DNA of 63,987 bases, counting the filler, from Octopus bimaculoides (taxonomy: Eukaryota), in assembly GCF_001194135.2 (NCBI RefSeq). It is 6 parts of 6 records of this genome, joined end to end, with 100 filler letters (N's around TTAATTAATTAA, not from the genome) between each part and the next. Parts side by side here need not be neighbours in the genome. Positions count along the whole stretch, not along the records: positions 56,346 to 63,987 come from NC_068991.1; 5 more parts are not named here. One strand, given 5' to 3'. The translations under genes were made by a program, and so were the position numbers. Numbering within the stretch: position 1 is the first letter of the stretch; each line of letters opens with the position of its first letter. Shown one piece after another: positions 60,871 through 63,987 of this stretch. Under the pieces are notes generated by a model. That model was not told the origin of the DNA, did not search any database, and saw only the letters and a program-made list of their open reading frames with translations.

Positions 60871-61589
60871 TTATCTATTAATTTATTAAAACTCGCCACA
60901 CTAACCGGAAGTTTCTTCCGAATTGTTTTCTACACATCTGATGACATTTTTATTAGCAATCTGTCTTCAGAGTTTTAACGATGAAATCCTTAAAATTCCA
61001 CCCAACTCTGACTCGATTTCATTTTCATTTTGATTTAAGTATTCCATCAGCATTAAGTGTGTTTTGTTTAAAACACTTAATTCGGTAGATACTTTTTATG
61101 TAGTTTAAGCTGTTTTGTAGTTTTTGAAGTTTCAGTTTCGGTTGTTCGCTGTGTTTATGTTTTATCGTTGTTGTAGCTGGCGATGATGATGCCATTGCTG
61201 TTGTTGGTGAAGCCGTCATGAAATGAGCTGTAATTGTGGTTTTTGTATTTGTTGTTGTTTTTATTGTGTGCTCAGAACGGCACTTTGTACTGTCCTCCAC
61301 TTTCGTTCCCCCCTTAGAAGACTATTTACAATGTTTCTTCGTTCTTGGTTTCATCTCTCAAAGAATCGATGGCAAATGGCAAAGATTAGTTGAAACTTAT
61401 GACATCGAGTCGTTGTTGAAGTTGTCGGTTTGGGGAGCAAAGAATCGAGACGAGCTTGCTTTTCAGTGGGAGCAGGGGGGAAACTTCTCCGTTGTCTTGG
61501 TTTTGGTGTAGGTGTCCTCAACTATTCTACATGATGTTGGTGTAGATATGGTTGTGGTGTTGACAACAGGAGTGGGTTTTTTTTTCTAA

Positions 61590-62200
61590 TTGAGGGCAGA
61601 AATCCTTTTGATGGGTGATACTTCCACTGACATAACATCTTACTTTTCTACCACCTCTTTTGTATACTATACATCCTCCATATAAATGATGTCAGGAACC
61701 TTATGGAAAATGTCTGTTGTGACCAGCATAACTATTTCCACCCTGACCACCGACCAGTATTTCTTGCGGGATAAATTTCATGGTGAATATATAACCATAT
61801 TCATTCAACATCATTCCGAGATCCTGGATGTTAAGTTCTGGCGACACATTCGTAAATATAGCGCTCGTTTCCCTAAATAGGATGAAATGAAATTATGTTC
61901 TGAGGAGCAAGTGCATATAGCTATCAGTTTCGTTTTTTCTTCGCTTTGACATATTTCTGCCAGAGATCCAAAATCCTTTGCCTCTTCTTACATGCCAAAT
62001 CGAACCCCAATAATCTTTCAGACATTTTTCTGCCCTAGCTGGAGTCGGATTTTCGATCCGCCTAGTCTTCTTATTAAGACAACGAGAGGTCACGGTTGTT
62101 TTTGTGATCTGATCTTTTTCGCTTGGTTGTAGAATCAAGGATTTTAAGCTTCATCTGTCATTTTCTGAAAAATTTTCTCAAAATCACAGTCGAAAGAATG
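61590..62200 (-). mobile_element. Tx1/L1-like ORF1 remnant with gag-type zinc knuckle
   Basis: VTTDIFHKVPDIIYMEDVVYKRGGRKVRCYVSGSITHQKDFCP (CX2[C/S]X4HX4C at 61596-61637), upstream and co-oriented with the ORF2 fragment. Confidence 0.6.
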
Positions 62201-63236
62201 TTCCACCAATTTCTGTCGAGCAGATTTGGCGAAACAGGTGTTGCTGGTTTTGTTGTTGTTGTTGTTGATGTTATTGTTGTTGTTGTTGATGTTATTGCTG
62301 TTAGTAGACGCGTTGTAGCTTGATTGTTTTTGCTAAAATTTGTCATTTTCTTGAAATTTGTTGTAGGTGTTATCGATGTTGCTCTAGTTTTGTTGTTGTT
62401 GTTGTTGTTGGAGGTGGTGGTGGTGGTNNNNNNNNNNNNNNNNNNNNNNNNNNNNNNNNNNNNNNNNNNNNNNNNNNNNNNNNNNNNNNNNNNNNNNNNN
62501 NNNNNNNNNNNNNNNNNNNNNNNNNNNNNNNNNNNNNNNNNNNNNNNNNNNNNNNNNNNNNNNNNNNNNNNNNNNNNNNNNNNNNNNNNNNNNNNNNNNN
62601 NNNNNNNNNNNNNNNNNNNNNNNNNNNNNNNNNNNNNNNNNNNNNNNNNNNNNNNNNNNNNNNNNNNNNNNNNNNNNNNNNNNNNNNNNNNNNNNNNNNN
62701 NNNNNNNNNNNNNNNNNNNNNNNNNNNNNNNNNNNNNNNNNNNNNNNNNNNNNNNNNNNNNNNNNNNNNNNNNNNNNNNNNNNNNNNNNNNNNNNNNNNN
62801 NNNNNNNNNNNNNNNNNNNNNNNNNNNNNNNNNNNNNNNNNNNNNNNNNNNNNNNNNNNNNNNNNNNNNNNNNNNNNNNNNNNNNNNNNNNNNNNNNNNN
62901 NNNNNNNNNNNNNNNNNNNNNNNNNNNNNNNNNNNNNNNNNNNNNNNNNNNNNNNNNNNNNNNNNNNNNNNNNNNNNNNNNNNNNNNNNNNNNNNNNNNN
63001 NNGTCTGATGTGTCCTCCATGGGGAAGAAGACAAAAAGTTTCATTACAGAAGCAAAATTAAATCGAAATGTCATCCCAAAATGGAGGACAACGCACGGGA
63101 ATGAACTTACCAGTCAGCAGCAAGCAACTCCACTAACGACAGTAAAATTTCAAAACTGAACGCAACTGCTTTCTGAGATGTACTTACAGAAATTAAAGAG
63201 CCGGAGTCAAGCGTGACTTACCTGACTGAAGGCCAT

Positions 63237-63240
<4 letters not shown>

Positions 63241-63316
<76 letters not shown>
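63241..63316. repeat. (ACT)n(AAT)n microsatellite
   Basis: Direct reading; a similar array lies at about 57876-57935. Confidence 0.9.
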
Positions 63317-63317
<1 letters not shown>

Positions 63318-63429
63318 CTTTTCTACTATAGGCACAAGGCCCTCGCCATGCTTTGTTATCCTTCACTCGCCCTAGGTCGCTGAGTGCGCCTCGGTAAGTG
63401 ATTGTAACAAACATGCAGATTAAAAATAA

Positions 63430-63987
63430 ACAACGATAATGATGATGATGATGATTTCATTTATTTGCCACAAGGGCGAAGGATGAAGGGGACAATACAA
63501 AGACAGATATAAAGTGTAGGGGTTTACATATAATAGAATGACAAAAAGAGGGGAAAAAGAAATTAAGTATACACGGTATACACTGAAAAAGAAGGGACAT
63601 ATGCAAGGCATACAAAGGTTTAAAAAAAAGTGACACGGGGGAGTGATAGAGATGTGGCCCTCCTGCTACAGGAAGGCCTCTAGAGATACTCGAGGAACCC
63701 CATTGTCCGAGATTTTCCTGAAACACCAAGAACAAGTGCCCTCTCCAATTCCTTCTCTCCGACTCCCAGGTCTACACTTAGAGGGATACCATCCACTCTT
63801 GCCATTTTCGTATCTTAAACGGGAGGGCAAGGCAATTTTCCTATGCCTAGTGGCTGTAGCGAAAGAGGTGGTATGATGGATCCGTTTGAAAGGGCTAAAG
63901 TCAGACACTTTCCTCTTTGGCCAAGGCCTCATCAAGTTTTTCAAGTTCCACTTGAAAAGGAAGATGAGAGTAGAGAGGGAAGTGCTG
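63430..63987. mobile_element. Tx1-like LINE 3' end with an apparent 5' inversion
   Basis: Minus 63805-63430: MARVDGIPLSVDL, 3' UTR, (CAT)n tail. Plus 63815-63987: REGKAIFLCLVAVAKEVV*WIRLKGLKSDTFL..FFKFHLKRKMRVEREVL. Confidence 0.7.

Overview
AT-rich, repeat-dense eukaryotic DNA, most likely an octopus (coleoid cephalopod) draft assembly; this is inferred from the SINE and microsatellite landscape and is not proven. Five artificial 100-bp spacers (44 N + TTAATTAATTAA + 44 N) split the window into six joined pieces. The first piece (1-27990) carries ten minus-strand coding exons of dynactin subunit 1 (DCTN1/p150Glued). All ten have GT-AG sites and consistent phases; about 70 codons are missing, probably in N gaps. 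The other pieces are decayed transposons (Penelope-like, R4/Dong-like, RTE, Tx1/L1-like, CR1/L2-like, pogo, mariner, TTAA MITEs, several tRNA-derived SINE families) and microsatellites. The most notable signal is a set of type I hammerhead ribozyme motifs. The best one (9273-9319, minus strand) is structurally complete, lies sense to the DCTN1 pre-mRNA inside an intron, and belongs to a ~345-nt tandem unit resembling a non-LTR retrozyme. Further hammerheads occur in a hairpin-closed element (8373-8415), behind a Penelope GIY-YIG ORF (29281-29329), and in a tRNA-headed SINE-like element with an inverted tail copy (29515-29860). All pairings were read by eye; no folding, alignment or database search was run. 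Family letters A-F for SINEs are my own working labels.
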